Positions 27,796-38,821 of a DNA stretch of 64,000 nucleotides are shown piece after piece; the first letter of the stretch is position 1, and the number at the start of each line of letters is the position of its first letter. The stretch is from IMG/VR virus record IMGVR_UViG_3300028045_000001, positions 1-64,000 of that record; one strand, 5' to 3'. The translations under genes and the position numbers were made by a program. Under the pieces are notes generated by a model that saw only the letters and a list, made by a program, of their open reading frames with translations, was not told the origin of the DNA and searched no databases.

Positions 27796-29331
27796 TTATT
27801 TTTTCGGGTCGATAACCATCTGTTTTAAAAAATCGATAACTATATCTGTCACCACGGCACTGTTGATGCGCTTAACGATATCCTCATCCTGAGTCCCATT
27901 CAGATTTGAAAGATAATCTACAAAGCTACTATCCAACCTTTTATACAGGGTATAGCCGAACGATTCAGGCGCAGTGACACCAAATACAAGATTTGTTAGA
28001 ACTGTATTAAGTGGTGCCTCTGAGTTACGCTGAGCCTTTGCCATATGGACACAACGATTTAAACTTTGTGGAAGGATCGGATCGCCTTCGTGGTTTGTTT
28101 TGATGTCCCTTTCCCAAGAAAACATTACAGTATTAAACGCCGCAGTCTCATACTTTTTCTTTAAGAAAGAAACCTTGCTGGATATGTCATCCATGCGCAC
28201 AGAGTATTTATCCTCGATCATCTTTGTGTCGCGAACCACAACATCCGATGCGATGCCTAACTCTGGGAGCACACGGTCATTTGGAAATTTAACAAAGAGA
28301 TGCTGGAGGATTTCTTTATCTGTGTGACCATCTGCAATGAATGGGCTGTAGTTATCCATGTTAACGGTTCTGTTCTGCATGATGAGGGTATCATTAAAAA
28401 TATTATTGCGCATAATTATCAAGTTATACGCGCAGCCGTACAGTATTCCTTTAATAACCTCGGCATTATCTTCGATGAGTCGTATGGCATCTGGACCAAG
28501 TGTACTGGAGTGTTCCAATATACCATCTACGGTTGGCTTATAGATCCTCACCATATTGGCGATTTCAGTTGTATTCTGGGCCATGTCTTTAGTTGCCGAT
28601 AATTGGTTGGTCCATTTTTTAACAAAAGTATTTACTCTAGTTGGGGTAAGTAGAGTCTTCAAAACCATTTCGGTATCGTCATAGGTGACATCAAAATTAT
28701 CTATCACCGCATGAATCACAGTATCGGCATATTGTTTTTTAAGGATTAGTGGAGTTGTATCTGGGACTTCGATGCTTTTTAATTTTAGTGCGATCGTCCC
28801 AAGTAATTTAAAACTTGGTTCTTCGAGAGAAGTTTTCGTTAAGTCATGGCAAAAGCTAACTATGTCCATAACTGAACTTACCATATTGATCTCTTCCCAA
28901 TCAACTTCACCAAGCCCGTGTGCCACAGACTTATCGTCATTCCCGTGCTCATAATACTGAATCAGAAATGGGTCCGAGGCAACTAATCGATTCAGTGTTT
29001 CAGTATATGAGCTCTCGATGTCACTTACTTGTACACGAACGTCATTTATTTCTGTATACGATTTGTTGATCCTCTCCGACAAGGCTTCCGCGAGTGTGTC
29101 GATGTTATTTAAAATGTGTTCAGATATAACGTCGATGTTTTGACTGTAGCCGTTCAATACCTCGACGACATATTCCTCTGGGGAGGATGTGGCATCCATC
29201 GTCGGACTGAAGGTAGATAACTTCTCAACATATCCAGCTACAGTTGGATCCGTTATAGTAAAGTCTGGAAGGCCGCCATTCACCATGATGTGCTTGATGA
29301 ATGCTTTTTTCATAAGGTCTAAATTTTGCAT
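27796..29331 (-). CDS. probable virion structural protein (phiKZ-like block)
   Basis: 511-aa ORF co-oriented with the baseplate-like gene; assignment from context only. Confidence 0.45.
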   Translation of the reverse strand: MQNLDLMKKAFIKHIMVNGGLPDFTITDPTVAGYVEKLSTFSPTMDATSSPEEYVVEVLNGYSQNIDVISEHILNNIDTLAEALSERINKSYTEINDVRVQVSDIESSYTETLNRLVASDPFLIQYYEHGNDDKSVAHGLGEVDWEEINMVSSVMDIVSFCHDLTKTSLEEPSFKLLGTIALKLKSIEVPDTTPLILKKQYADTVIHAVIDNFDVTYDDTEMVLKTLLTPTRVNTFVKKWTNQLSATKDMAQNTTEIANMVRIYKPTVDGILEHSSTLGPDAIRLIEDNAEVIKGILYGCAYNLIIMRNNIFNDTLIMQNRTVNMDNYSPFIADGHTDKEILQHLFVKFPNDRVLPELGIASDVVVRDTKMIEDKYSVRMDDISSKVSFLKKKYETAAFNTVMFSWERDIKTNHEGDPILPQSLNRCVHMAKAQRNSEAPLNTVLTNLVFGVTAPESFGYTLYKRLDSSFVDYLSNLNGTQDEDIVKRINSAVVTDIVIDFLKQMVIDPKK

Positions 29332-29519
29332 TATTTTCCTCCAGTGGTAGTTGAGTTCCCCATGTAAGCTACCTGAGTCATTACAACATCGTATCGGCTT
29401 TCTTCATCAAGATCGATGGCGTTAATTTTCCCCAAAATTTCATTTATTAGATAAAATAAAATGAAATTGTTTTGCAGGGAAGTTGGGGTAAGAGTCGGTG
29501 TAGTTTTATTTTCCATCAA
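29331..29519 (-). CDS. small hypothetical protein
   Basis: RBS ggag; stop overlaps the start of the 29331 gene. Confidence 0.45.
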   Translation of the reverse strand: MMENKTTPTLTPTSLQNNFILFYLINEILGKINAIDLDEESRYDVVMTQVAYMGNSTTTGGK

Positions 29520-29563
29520 AATCTCCTTTAAAATTGTTTTTACTACAATATAAATTTAGGGTA

Positions 29564-32437
29564 TCAACTGAATGCATTTAGGTCGCCAGTGCTAACGGTC
29601 TCAATGATTAAGTCTTCAACGTAGTGAATTGTGTTGTCTGTATTAAATGTTAATTTTCGTGCTACGATTGATTTCGTTTTGTCATTAACATTAATTAGGG
29701 TTTGAAGTTCCGGATCTCCATTGATACCATAATTGTCAATGCTTAAGATTTGATCACCTAAGGAAGATATGATCTCATCTTGGATAAGAGATATGGATAT
29801 GGTACCGGATTCGACATGTGCCCTTATAATATTTACCACGGATGATTTAAGACTATTTATCATTTCGATGTTATCTATTGTTTTAGTCGAGACGTATAGA
29901 ACTAGATGCATGGTCACGTTCAGCGGCTGATTAACGAACGTATTCTTTTTTGTAACGTAGTTACTATTTCCTATCGTACATATAGGTTCAAAGAACATGT
30001 AGGTTTTTTCAAGCAAGTCTTTCTGAACTCGACTAAGCTCCTCCAAATAATGTCCTATCATTTCAGAGAGATTGATTCCTATCATGGAGGGATCGGTCGA
30101 ATTATCGTACAGTAACCTATAATCTATATGGAGCATGTTGATGGCGTAAATACTTGTTCTTTCTTTCACAACTATGCCATTGCCCCGGTAATCCAAGACC
30201 ATATCTCCAGCAAGATGTGCTACGATCTTGTGCCCAAACTCATCAACGATATCATCGCCCTCTGAAAATAATTTATTTAATTCTACCGCGCCATCAAATA
30301 CAATAAATATGAGCTTACCTTCGTCGTCGTACTCATACACATCGGATGTATATTTTTTATATATTGTTTCTGGATATGTTTGGTACTTGATATCTGTATA
30401 ATTAATATCAACCGATGGATCTATAGTACTGTTCAATCTTTTTCCAAGAACTATAGTTAAATCCTGTCGTATAGTGGTAACAAACTCACTTGGGGACAGC
30501 GTACTTCCTAATATGTTGGAAGACCTTACTTCGAGACTGACCATGAGCGAAAACTTCATATCTATATAGCAGCCGTTAGAGTTCCCACCAGAGGTGCGGT
30601 TAAAGGAATTAATTAGTATGCGATGAAATTTATTTATGTCGTACTCAGTCGTGAGCACGAAGTCATAGTAGGTAACTTTTTCTACTTCGCTACTTTTTAC
30701 TGCATCTATATAAAACTCCTCACCTGAATTCGGGTCTGTCGTGTACCCCCGAATGCGGATATTGTCCTCAATAACATCCTTTAGATCATTGGACTTTAGG
30801 ACACCTATGCGTACTATAAACTTTTCTGTCTCTAGTAAATTATGTATGATGATGCCATTCATTATAGTTAGCTGAGTACTTATCTCCACGTTCTCAGATA
30901 CAAAGACAATTTCTTGTATAGCTGGGTTGGTTAATTCATATATGGATGCAACTGGAAATTCATCCTCTACAGAAAGTCTTATGTGGAATGGGGAAAAAGT
31001 ATATTGTGAGTCATTTAAAATAGACACCCGCTGTTCGATGGAGCGTGCATCAAAAGTAGCTCTCTCCATATCACATACTGGCTCAGCTATATTGCCGTTT
31101 AATTTATATAGTATGGCGGGTAATACTGTGACGGAATTGTCGCTGTTAGTTTTAATATGCGTACACGCTTCTATACTGAGTTCTGATATATTTGTGCGCA
31201 GATTCCCTGCTGGCAAATGAATCCCTTCTGCATCTTTAATAGGCGAATGCGCTATGAAATTACGTGCTGTCAAGTTATCTAACTGTTTGGTGACTGTAGT
31301 TTCTTTGTTAGTAAATAAATTTTTCATTCTTGGCAACGTTATAGCAGCTTCAGTTGTGAATGCATCGTTAATGACTTTGTCTCTGAGTTCTTCAAATGTC
31401 CAGCCATTAGAGCCACCTGAGATTCGATTCGTTGTAGGCAATACTTCTCTGACGGGTATCCTGTTTAATATTTCGGTGTAGGCAAGTGTCCCCTCTCCGA
31501 TGTCACCAAGCGTAAACGACAGGTCGCTGGGTTTTATATTACCTATGTTTATATCTAACTCTCCCTTTGTTTCATAGATCTCCACCTTTAAGTTAGTCCC
31601 AATAGTCCCATTAGAAAAATATATTTGTGGGATATTAATTGATATTGTATTCTCATCGAGATTTACTCTGAGCTTAGCGGTTGGAGTAAACGGATCATAC
31701 GACATGTCCGATAGTGTTTGTCCTATCGGGGACCACCGTTTATTTTTAAGATGTGTTATCACTACAGCATAGAACTTATTTTGTAACTCCCATTTGTTTG
31801 TGTAACCTTGTCCCTTAACAAGGGTCTCCGTATAAATGCGCCTGCGGAATTGATATACTGGAAACTCCATATCTATCATGGCCATATCGTGTAGATGCAT
31901 TTCGGTGTGTTTAATTGTATTATCTACAAGAGTTTTTAATGGGCTATCCATGGATGTATCATGTGATATTAAGAACGTATTTGTTAGCTTGTTGATCTTA
32001 ATTTCAATCGGGTAATATATACCGAAATCAATGCCGCCTATTGTGAACTTTGATGTGGACGGAATTATGATCTTATTGTAGTTGGAGTTGTAGGATACAG
32101 AGTGGTCTATTATGTATTTTTTATCTAAGAGCAGTCTTAGGTTAGTGGACGATGGCAAAGAGTACAACCCAACATAATCCCACTGCGACATATGCCGATA
32201 TAACTCCTTCGAAGTAGTTGCTCGTTTTGAATAACTATCGTTATTCATACGGATCATTTCTTGAGTAGCCCCACTAACCAAATTGCACATAGTCTCTAAC
32301 ATCCAGCAGGGGACGTTATTGCCATCGACTATTTTATTGCCACTCCCATGGCGTTCCTGTAGGTCCCGCAACGCTAAACTTTGAGTCAACATCGGATTTT
32401 TTAAAAGATGGTCCAAGTTATTAATTTTGTCTACCAT
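29564..32437 (-). CDS. large virion structural protein, probable baseplate wedge (T4 gp6/baseplate-J-like)
   Basis: Resembles the conserved ~900-aa phiKZ-group virion protein; ISGGSNGWTFEELR matches the GG...x.EELR baseplate-J/gp6 motif. Confidence 0.6.
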   Translation of the reverse strand: MVDKINNLDHLLKNPMLTQSLALRDLQERHGSGNKIVDGNNVPCWMLETMCNLVSGATQEMIRMNNDSYSKRATTSKELYRHMSQWDYVGLYSLPSSTNLRLLLDKKYIIDHSVSYNSNYNKIIIPSTSKFTIGGIDFGIYYPIEIKINKLTNTFLISHDTSMDSPLKTLVDNTIKHTEMHLHDMAMIDMEFPVYQFRRRIYTETLVKGQGYTNKWELQNKFYAVVITHLKNKRWSPIGQTLSDMSYDPFTPTAKLRVNLDENTISINIPQIYFSNGTIGTNLKVEIYETKGELDINIGNIKPSDLSFTLGDIGEGTLAYTEILNRIPVREVLPTTNRISGGSNGWTFEELRDKVINDAFTTEAAITLPRMKNLFTNKETTVTKQLDNLTARNFIAHSPIKDAEGIHLPAGNLRTNISELSIEACTHIKTNSDNSVTVLPAILYKLNGNIAEPVCDMERATFDARSIEQRVSILNDSQYTFSPFHIRLSVEDEFPVASIYELTNPAIQEIVFVSENVEISTQLTIMNGIIIHNLLETEKFIVRIGVLKSNDLKDVIEDNIRIRGYTTDPNSGEEFYIDAVKSSEVEKVTYYDFVLTTEYDINKFHRILINSFNRTSGGNSNGCYIDMKFSLMVSLEVRSSNILGSTLSPSEFVTTIRQDLTIVLGKRLNSTIDPSVDINYTDIKYQTYPETIYKKYTSDVYEYDDEGKLIFIVFDGAVELNKLFSEGDDIVDEFGHKIVAHLAGDMVLDYRGNGIVVKERTSIYAINMLHIDYRLLYDNSTDPSMIGINLSEMIGHYLEELSRVQKDLLEKTYMFFEPICTIGNSNYVTKKNTFVNQPLNVTMHLVLYVSTKTIDNIEMINSLKSSVVNIIRAHVESGTISISLIQDEIISSLGDQILSIDNYGINGDPELQTLINVNDKTKSIVARKLTFNTDNTIHYVEDLIIETVSTGDLNAFS

Positions 32438-32457
32438 TTATTTTACCTCGTTGGTAT

Positions 32458-33453
32458 TCAGGGTGCATACTTAAATAGTAATTCGTATCCGTCGCCAATG
32501 TATTCTTTTTTCGCTCCTATATATGGTACTCCTGAATAGTTAGTATCTGTGGCATACCCATAGTTTGAGTATGACTCTATATTTGGATTAAACATCCTCA
32601 CCAGTCTATTGAAGTCCATCAGTATTCTATAATCGTTGTACTCTATTTTGTTAACTGAGCACGGTATACTGAACGACTTCGCAGCCTGGGAAATTACTTC
32701 ATTTGCCGCAACATTGAACTTTGCGCCCATTGGGACAGCGGTTAAGATGCATCCGGTCGCCTTTGCCCAACCAGTTATGTACCTACTGGTTGGATCCATA
32801 AGGAACCTGTAGATACTAAATGTATAACACATACGTTGCGCATCTATATCCTCATTATACATAACTATCTCGCCCTTCAATACAAGTCGCATAAATTCGT
32901 ACCAATAGTGAAACATGTTTAGCAGGGGAGAGTTTTGGACATCCATAAATTGCATAGTTATGTCATAGTTCTTCATAAGGTCATCTGCACCTGTCGCATA
33001 TATTTGATTCTCTCCATGATGCCCACCAGTAGTGGTAGCAGTGTTCATAACCATATCTGGGAATCCAGATATGCTCTGCAGTGCAGTACAGAGTGGCACC
33101 ATAAAAGGATTCTTATTCACTAACAACAGGCACTCAGACGAGTACCTACTTTGTGCACTAGCAAAACGTTTATCCAATAAGCATCTTATAGCAAACTGTA
33201 TGGAATTGACGTCCAGTGTGTTCAGTACTGACAGTATGGCGCTGTGCTTTATATTACTGGAGGTTAGATTCAACTGTGGCCTTGTTATAAAAGTAAGTCC
33301 GGTTAGTTCTGTGCCAGTGCTTACATTATTACATTTAAATCTGTCATGCTGTGTAAATAATTGCTGGATGGTGTTATACGCCCCACCTGTACCAGCGTTC
33401 CTACTCAGAAGTTCAATTTCTGATTTATATTGAGCTACATTGTCATTTGCCAT
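32458..33453 (-). CDS. phiKZ-like virion structural protein (tube/hub-initiator-like)
   Basis: GLTFITRPQLNL...NPFM..L...SISGFPD...YTFSIYRF pattern typical of this phage group. Confidence 0.55.
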   Translation of the reverse strand: MANDNVAQYKSEIELLSRNAGTGGAYNTIQQLFTQHDRFKCNNVSTGTELTGLTFITRPQLNLTSSNIKHSAILSVLNTLDVNSIQFAIRCLLDKRFASAQSRYSSECLLLVNKNPFMVPLCTALQSISGFPDMVMNTATTTGGHHGENQIYATGADDLMKNYDITMQFMDVQNSPLLNMFHYWYEFMRLVLKGEIVMYNEDIDAQRMCYTFSIYRFLMDPTSRYITGWAKATGCILTAVPMGAKFNVAANEVISQAAKSFSIPCSVNKIEYNDYRILMDFNRLVRMFNPNIESYSNYGYATDTNYSGVPYIGAKKEYIGDGYELLFKYAP

Positions 33454-33538
33454 ACATACCTCTTATTATTTTATATAGGTAAGGATTATATAGTATGTTA
33501 AATTATTATTAATTTCATTATAATTAGAGGGTATCTAA

Positions 33539-34597
33539 ATGAGCTATTCTGATTTAAAAACAGGGGTATCCATTTTCACGAGTCTCTTACGAAAGGTGGA
33601 CGAGATAGGCCCCAAAGCATTAAGTGACTATGTGCGACCTGCGACAATCATGGGGTCCGTTGTGGTTGACATTTCCCTGGGAGATGAGGACATCATACTG
33701 CCGTTGGCGTCCATGTTGAATTCTTTCTACATAGGGTACATAACTACTGCATTAGAATTAAACACTATAATCGAGGGGGGTAAAACTGTAAGAGATGCGT
33801 TGACTATAGTCTCATCTAATAACAACTATATAGAGTTACTAGAGGAAGTCGATGAAAAGTTTTTATCTTGCGAATTAACTGGCGAGTACGAAGTATCCCT
33901 ACAGGCCGATGGTGGCAAACAAGGTAACAAGGTAGAGGCTTCTGTATTCTCTGGGAAAGTAGTCGAACTGAATATTCGCTCAAAAGAACATGATCGCCCG
34001 ATTTCCATAAAACTAATAGTTCAACTACTTTCTCGACAGGTACAGCAATCTGTGATAGAGCAACTCTTTGCAGTTAGCAACAAATCAACAATAGATCAAA
34101 GATGGACTATGTTTAAAACTGGCGAAATTTCCTTTTGGAAAGATTTCATATGGGAGCGGGACCTCGTTAAACGCCATAGGAGCGCACTAAAAAAGGACGA
34201 CACTGGGTACCTATTTGATGAGTTACAATCCCGTTCAAATAAATTAACGAGAAATATCGAAACGAGTGTCGATATTGGTAAGGTGTCTCAGAATTCCGCC
34301 AATAACATACTTATAGTTGAAAAGCGGTTTTTTACGCAGATGGTAAAACGCTTGGGTATAAAAATTGATGACTTTTCCAGCAGGCAGCGATTTATGAGCA
34401 ATAACTACTGCCTTATTATAGTTGTTGTTGATATCATGTACAGTTCATTGGAAGTTTATTTCAATGGCATACGAACGAAAGCCGATTACAGTTTCAAAGC
34501 CGTGCTATCAAACTATGGTGGCGGAGGCAGTAGTAAGACCGAGTTAGCCGAGATCATGGCGCAGTTTCAAGCTGGGAGTTCGCCAAAAGTATTTTAA
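33539..34597 (+). CDS. phiKZ-like head structural protein
   Basis: SDYVRPA...GEISFWKDFIW..DL...H..AL..D..G...SANNILIV pattern; contains VSLQ. Confidence 0.55.
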   Translation: MSYSDLKTGVSIFTSLLRKVDEIGPKALSDYVRPATIMGSVVVDISLGDEDIILPLASMLNSFYIGYITTALELNTIIEGGKTVRDALTIVSSNNNYIELLEEVDEKFLSCELTGEYEVSLQADGGKQGNKVEASVFSGKVVELNIRSKEHDRPISIKLIVQLLSRQVQQSVIEQLFAVSNKSTIDQRWTMFKTGEISFWKDFIWERDLVKRHRSALKKDDTGYLFDELQSRSNKLTRNIETSVDIGKVSQNSANNILIVEKRFFTQMVKRLGIKIDDFSSRQRFMSNNYCLIIVVVDIMYSSLEVYFNGIRTKADYSFKAVLSNYGGGGSSKTELAEIMAQFQAGSSPKVF

Positions 34598-34612
34598 TGG
34601 ACGGGAGAAAAC

Positions 34613-35602
34613 ATGTCAACTATAAAAGATCTGAGTTCTGAGGTCGATAAGCGTATCCAAGCAAAACTTCGAACTGGTAACATCACTAAAGAGTCTATAG
34701 AAAAGATGCTCGATGTGAACCGCAGTGTGCATCTTCAAATAAATAAACACATAAACAGTTTCAGTGTAGATGATATTGTAAAAATCTACGATCGGATGCT
34801 TAATAGAAAAAATGATAAGTCCTACACTGCCGTACAGGTATACTTTAGCTTTGTTGCGTCATTGCCGCTGCGCCTAAGGCAGATGGAAGAACAAAGGCCA
34901 TTCTCTTCATTCGCAGAGATAAACAATAAGTTTATAAACTGCTACAATGATCTGATGGCTAATTTTGATAAGTACATCGATATAGAAAACCTGGCACTCC
35001 CAAAGACCAGATTGAGCCATTACCTAATCATTGGTCTCACAGACAAGTCTGATTTTGTAAGTCAATTCTTTTTCTTCCTATTCGATGGAATAACATTTGA
35101 TTTAATTGACAGTCTGTCTGACAAACCAAAGTATCGAATGCTCTTTCTTCAAAATAACGTCAAGAAGGTTGCTGGCATTATGGATAGCATCGATAAATTG
35201 GGGAAGTCGCGTAGGCCCGTCGAAATAATGATTAACAATCTTAAGAAGTCTGGTATGAACCTCGTTGTTGTAAATGAGAACGGCGAAAACTTAACCGCCT
35301 ACCTAAGAACTGGCGTCTTGAGTAAGGGGTTGCTGAGTAATATTACCCAAGGCATTAAGCGTGTGAGATTTTTTGGATCCATCGGTGAGCATTGGGAAAC
35401 ATTTAAATATTATTGGGTGGTAAGAAGAACCAAAGTTAACAAGGAGTGGATGGAGACTCAGAGACAATTGTTAGTTGAGGATCTAGAAGACCTTGATCAA
35501 AACTCTAAAGAATATAAGCGACTGTTAAAGATTGTTGAGAACTACTCTGTGGAAATATCTAAGCTCGATAAACGTCTCCAGACTTACATGGATTCAGATT
35601 AG
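34613..35602 (+). CDS. phiKZ-like head structural protein
   Basis: C-terminal coiled-coil K..KE...Q..L...Y..L...E...I.KL; located in the head gene cluster. Confidence 0.5.
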   Translation: MSTIKDLSSEVDKRIQAKLRTGNITKESIEKMLDVNRSVHLQINKHINSFSVDDIVKIYDRMLNRKNDKSYTAVQVYFSFVASLPLRLRQMEEQRPFSSFAEINNKFINCYNDLMANFDKYIDIENLALPKTRLSHYLIIGLTDKSDFVSQFFFFLFDGITFDLIDSLSDKPKYRMLFLQNNVKKVAGIMDSIDKLGKSRRPVEIMINNLKKSGMNLVVVNENGENLTAYLRTGVLSKGLLSNITQGIKRVRFFGSIGEHWETFKYYWVVRRTKVNKEWMETQRQLLVEDLEDLDQNSKEYKRLLKIVENYSVEISKLDKRLQTYMDSD

Positions 35603-35713
35603 ATGATAATAATATGAACTCTATTTGCACGTCGGATTATAAATAATTTTTTTTTAGCATGCTGGACTTTATCCGAGTCCGTTTATTTACACACCATCCT
35701 AGGAGGATAGACA

Positions 35714-36727
35714 ATGCGGAATGTTTTTGCAAAATTGAACGATGATGCTCCAGTTAACAACGCCATCACTGATGAGGTTGTTATAGTTGAAGCCATTCTG
35801 GAAGCCAGTGAGAAGTTAAGTGAGGATCTCGCAGACCTTGAACTCAGTATGATGGACTTCAATACCAAGCTTGAAACCATCGATGAGATCGAAGTGTACG
35901 TAGCTACAATTGAAGAAGCCGGTATTGATAAAGGTCTTGCCACCATGGCGATTAAGACTGGTTGGGGAAGCCTCTTTGAGGACTCCGCTGTATCACTTCA
36001 GGGACTCATCGATGGGACAGATGACGCCGAGGAAGTAAAAGTCCATATGCTCGCAAGCGTTGGTGACGTTATCAAGAAAGCAAAGGAGAATGTGGCAAAG
36101 CTACTGACTGCTCTATGGGAAAAGCTTAAGGCTGTTCTCGCAAGCTTCTTTGACTTTTCAGTTAAGTATCAAAATGCACTCAATAAGTTAAGCGGCTGGG
36201 ATAAAGCTGACTGGGGTGCCATCAAGGATAAGAAACTTGGTCTTGCTTACAGCGGAGATGACCTCATCTCAGCGTACGGAAAGATCCAGGAACTTGCCGC
36301 TGCGTTAGCTTCCACTGACAAATTTCCAGCGCCGGAACAAATTCTTGGTGCATGGGCTCTCAAAAATGGATCATATTCAAGAACGAAGTCAGATGCTCCG
36401 GCTAAGGGTAAAACAGTTGCAGAGAATGGCTACGAAAAAAATGCCTCTGCCATCTTTAAAGGAACTGGCCTCGCCCTTAAGGCTGTTGCCGATCTCAGGG
36501 ATAAAATTACAGCTATCGAAAAAGCAAAGACTGACGCCGTCAAAGCAATCAAAGAAACAAAAGACGATGGCTACAAAGAAGCAATCAAGGCTGTCAAAAT
36601 GGATAGTCTGACACACATCAGCGCTATTAAGGCCGCAATTACAGAAACAAAAATGGTCTCTTCTTCTGCGGTTAAAGTACTCAAAGTTGCAGCAAAGTCA
36701 GCAAAGAAAGAAAAAAAAGCCGATTAG
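35714..36727 (+). CDS. internal head protein paralog
   Basis: Acidic propeptide, VSLQGLIDG, amphipathic KLLTALWEKLK, Ala/Lys-rich body. Confidence 0.65.
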   Translation: MRNVFAKLNDDAPVNNAITDEVVIVEAILEASEKLSEDLADLELSMMDFNTKLETIDEIEVYVATIEEAGIDKGLATMAIKTGWGSLFEDSAVSLQGLIDGTDDAEEVKVHMLASVGDVIKKAKENVAKLLTALWEKLKAVLASFFDFSVKYQNALNKLSGWDKADWGAIKDKKLGLAYSGDDLISAYGKIQELAAALASTDKFPAPEQILGAWALKNGSYSRTKSDAPAKGKTVAENGYEKNASAIFKGTGLALKAVADLRDKITAIEKAKTDAVKAIKETKDDGYKEAIKAVKMDSLTHISAIKAAITETKMVSSSAVKVLKVAAKSAKKEKKAD

Positions 36728-36765
36728 TAATAAGTTCCCAAAGAAGATAGTGTGTGTGGTCCCAG

Positions 36766-36795
36766 CAACTCCTACGCAGCCATGCGTAGGAGTTG
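36766..36795 (+). terminator. intergenic hairpin
   Basis: 13-bp stem caactcctacgca/tgcgtaggagttg followed by T-run. Confidence 0.75.
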
Positions 36796-36851
36796 TATTT
36801 TTTATGATTGTCATTATATAAAAATTAACCTACTCTGGAGATGTATTAAAT

Positions 36852-37898
36852 ATGGATCAACTACAATGTGACTTTGACAATGCTGTTAGGGAATTCGATA
36901 CAGTATCGTATGGGCTAGGTATATTGGTAGATCTTTCACAGACTATGAATGAAAAGGATCTATCAGTTGCATTATTAACTTTTGTAGAAAAACAAAACTT
37001 ATCTAGTATCCTACCGTCGGAAATAAGCTCTTGCTTTGATGAGGTGTCCGTTGAGAACACTTTTGTTGTGTGTAACACAATAACAGATAAGGTTGCAACT
37101 ACAATAAAAAAACTATGGGGATTTTTAATAAGTATCGCAGAGAAAATAAAGGAGTTGTTTTTTAAAATAATTGATAAATTAACTAAGCTTAAGAAGAATG
37201 TGGGAAAACGCATCAGGAGCTTATTGGGCGTATTGTCAAAGTATGAAGCTGCGGCACTTACTGAGATGTTCGCTAACTCCAAGGGGCAGATCATGGAAGC
37301 CCACAAAATAAAATCCTACACGGAGGCCATTAACGAGGGAATCGCGATAGACTCTTTGGAGTATGTAAATCTATCCGAGACTACGCCTAATTTAAACTTA
37401 CCAGAGCTCGTCATTATGCGGACGATAATGCAGAAAATAGAATGCAGTATAACCCACAACCTAGTTATCACAAATAGACGACCCGAGGCACAATTCGCCA
37501 TGGCATCTCTCAATGAACTAGGATATAATGAAGTAGTTATTAAGGATCTAAAGGAATACGTCGAGAACATCGATCTTGATAGCTTAAAAAAGACCCAGAC
37601 TAACGCAGCCGAAAAACTCAAGTCTGCCGTGAATTTTTTTGTGGATCAATCTGTATCCGCTACTGCAGATTTACTTAAGCAGCAAAAATTGGCGAAGGTC
37701 GGATCCCCAGAACACAAAGACCTTACAAGAAAAATTAATACTTTATCAATTAAAGAAAAACTTAAAGTCAGCAATGTTAAAAAATGGCAATCCATTTACA
37801 ATGGCTACTATCGACAATTGATAAACAAACAATTGTTGGTAATAAATACTGTCGATAAGTTGGTAACAATCGTTGATAACACATTAAAAAAATTATAA
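36852..37898 (+). CDS. internal head protein paralog
   Basis: IKKLWGFLISIAEKIKELF helix typical of the family; resembles 39986. Confidence 0.6.
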   Translation: MDQLQCDFDNAVREFDTVSYGLGILVDLSQTMNEKDLSVALLTFVEKQNLSSILPSEISSCFDEVSVENTFVVCNTITDKVATTIKKLWGFLISIAEKIKELFFKIIDKLTKLKKNVGKRIRSLLGVLSKYEAAALTEMFANSKGQIMEAHKIKSYTEAINEGIAIDSLEYVNLSETTPNLNLPELVIMRTIMQKIECSITHNLVITNRRPEAQFAMASLNELGYNEVVIKDLKEYVENIDLDSLKKTQTNAAEKLKSAVNFFVDQSVSATADLLKQQKLAKVGSPEHKDLTRKINTLSIKEKLKVSNVKKWQSIYNGYYRQLINKQLLVINTVDKLVTIVDNTLKKL

Positions 37899-37915
37899 TG
37901 GAGGATACTTAAGTT

Positions 37916-38800
37916 ATGTTAGGTAACGACCTATTACGACGACCACCTCCACCAGTATTTTCTGCAGATACACCCTTAACGATGGGCGATATTGTTGATT
38001 TTCTTAGGGAGATCAGTAGCACTATCCCAAGTAAATCTGCCAGGATGCTGTATTTTGCGCTACACAACAATATAAATTTTGACACACATGCACTCAATGT
38101 GTATAACAATACTCGCACTGTTGCAGTCACTGCATATATACACAGGTGCATCGTGGAGACATGCTTCAATGTATGGAGGCTTTACCGCGAGCTGTTTAAT
38201 AGAACAACAAACATGTATCCATTAATCTCTTCTAATGCCGATGCTCTGTTTGAACGAATTGCAAATCAACAAACCGCCAGACACACGTACGATCACATCA
38301 AGACCATCTCCATCCAAATAAAATATGATATACTCTTAGACTCCGATAGAGTTATGTCCTTATCTGATGAGGCGAATGCGGTCATCGATAGGATCACCAG
38401 TCCAAAAGCGATGGATAGTATAACTCGACAGTTTACTGAGGCCTATGCAGATGAAGACCACTATGTGATCATGCTCAAAGAAAAAAACTTAATTGACGAT
38501 CTATTGGACATTACAGAATTGATCGGGTTACTATGTAGGTGGGAAACAACAGGCCCACTTGGAAAATACCCTGGCATGTATGACAGCCCTATCACTGCCG
38601 ATAGAATGGTTAAAAGTAGATTATCTAATGATACTATGTTAATGGTAGTATCACAGAGCATACCACTGCCAAATTGGCTACGTCGAGAGCAACATCACAT
38701 TGGATACAATGCATCATCTAATGACTTTATAACGCTATATAAGTTTATGATGGAAAAACTTGAAATGGCCGAAGCCCATATGGAAGATGAAAAAATTTAA
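37916..38800 (+). CDS. hypothetical protein in the head gene cluster
   Basis: RBS ggagg; no function recognised. Confidence 0.55.
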   Translation: MLGNDLLRRPPPPVFSADTPLTMGDIVDFLREISSTIPSKSARMLYFALHNNINFDTHALNVYNNTRTVAVTAYIHRCIVETCFNVWRLYRELFNRTTNMYPLISSNADALFERIANQQTARHTYDHIKTISIQIKYDILLDSDRVMSLSDEANAVIDRITSPKAMDSITRQFTEAYADEDHYVIMLKEKNLIDDLLDITELIGLLCRWETTGPLGKYPGMYDSPITADRMVKSRLSNDTMLMVVSQSIPLPNWLRREQHHIGYNASSNDFITLYKFMMEKLEMAEAHMEDEKI

Positions 38801-38821
38801 ATTACGAATTAAGGAGCTACG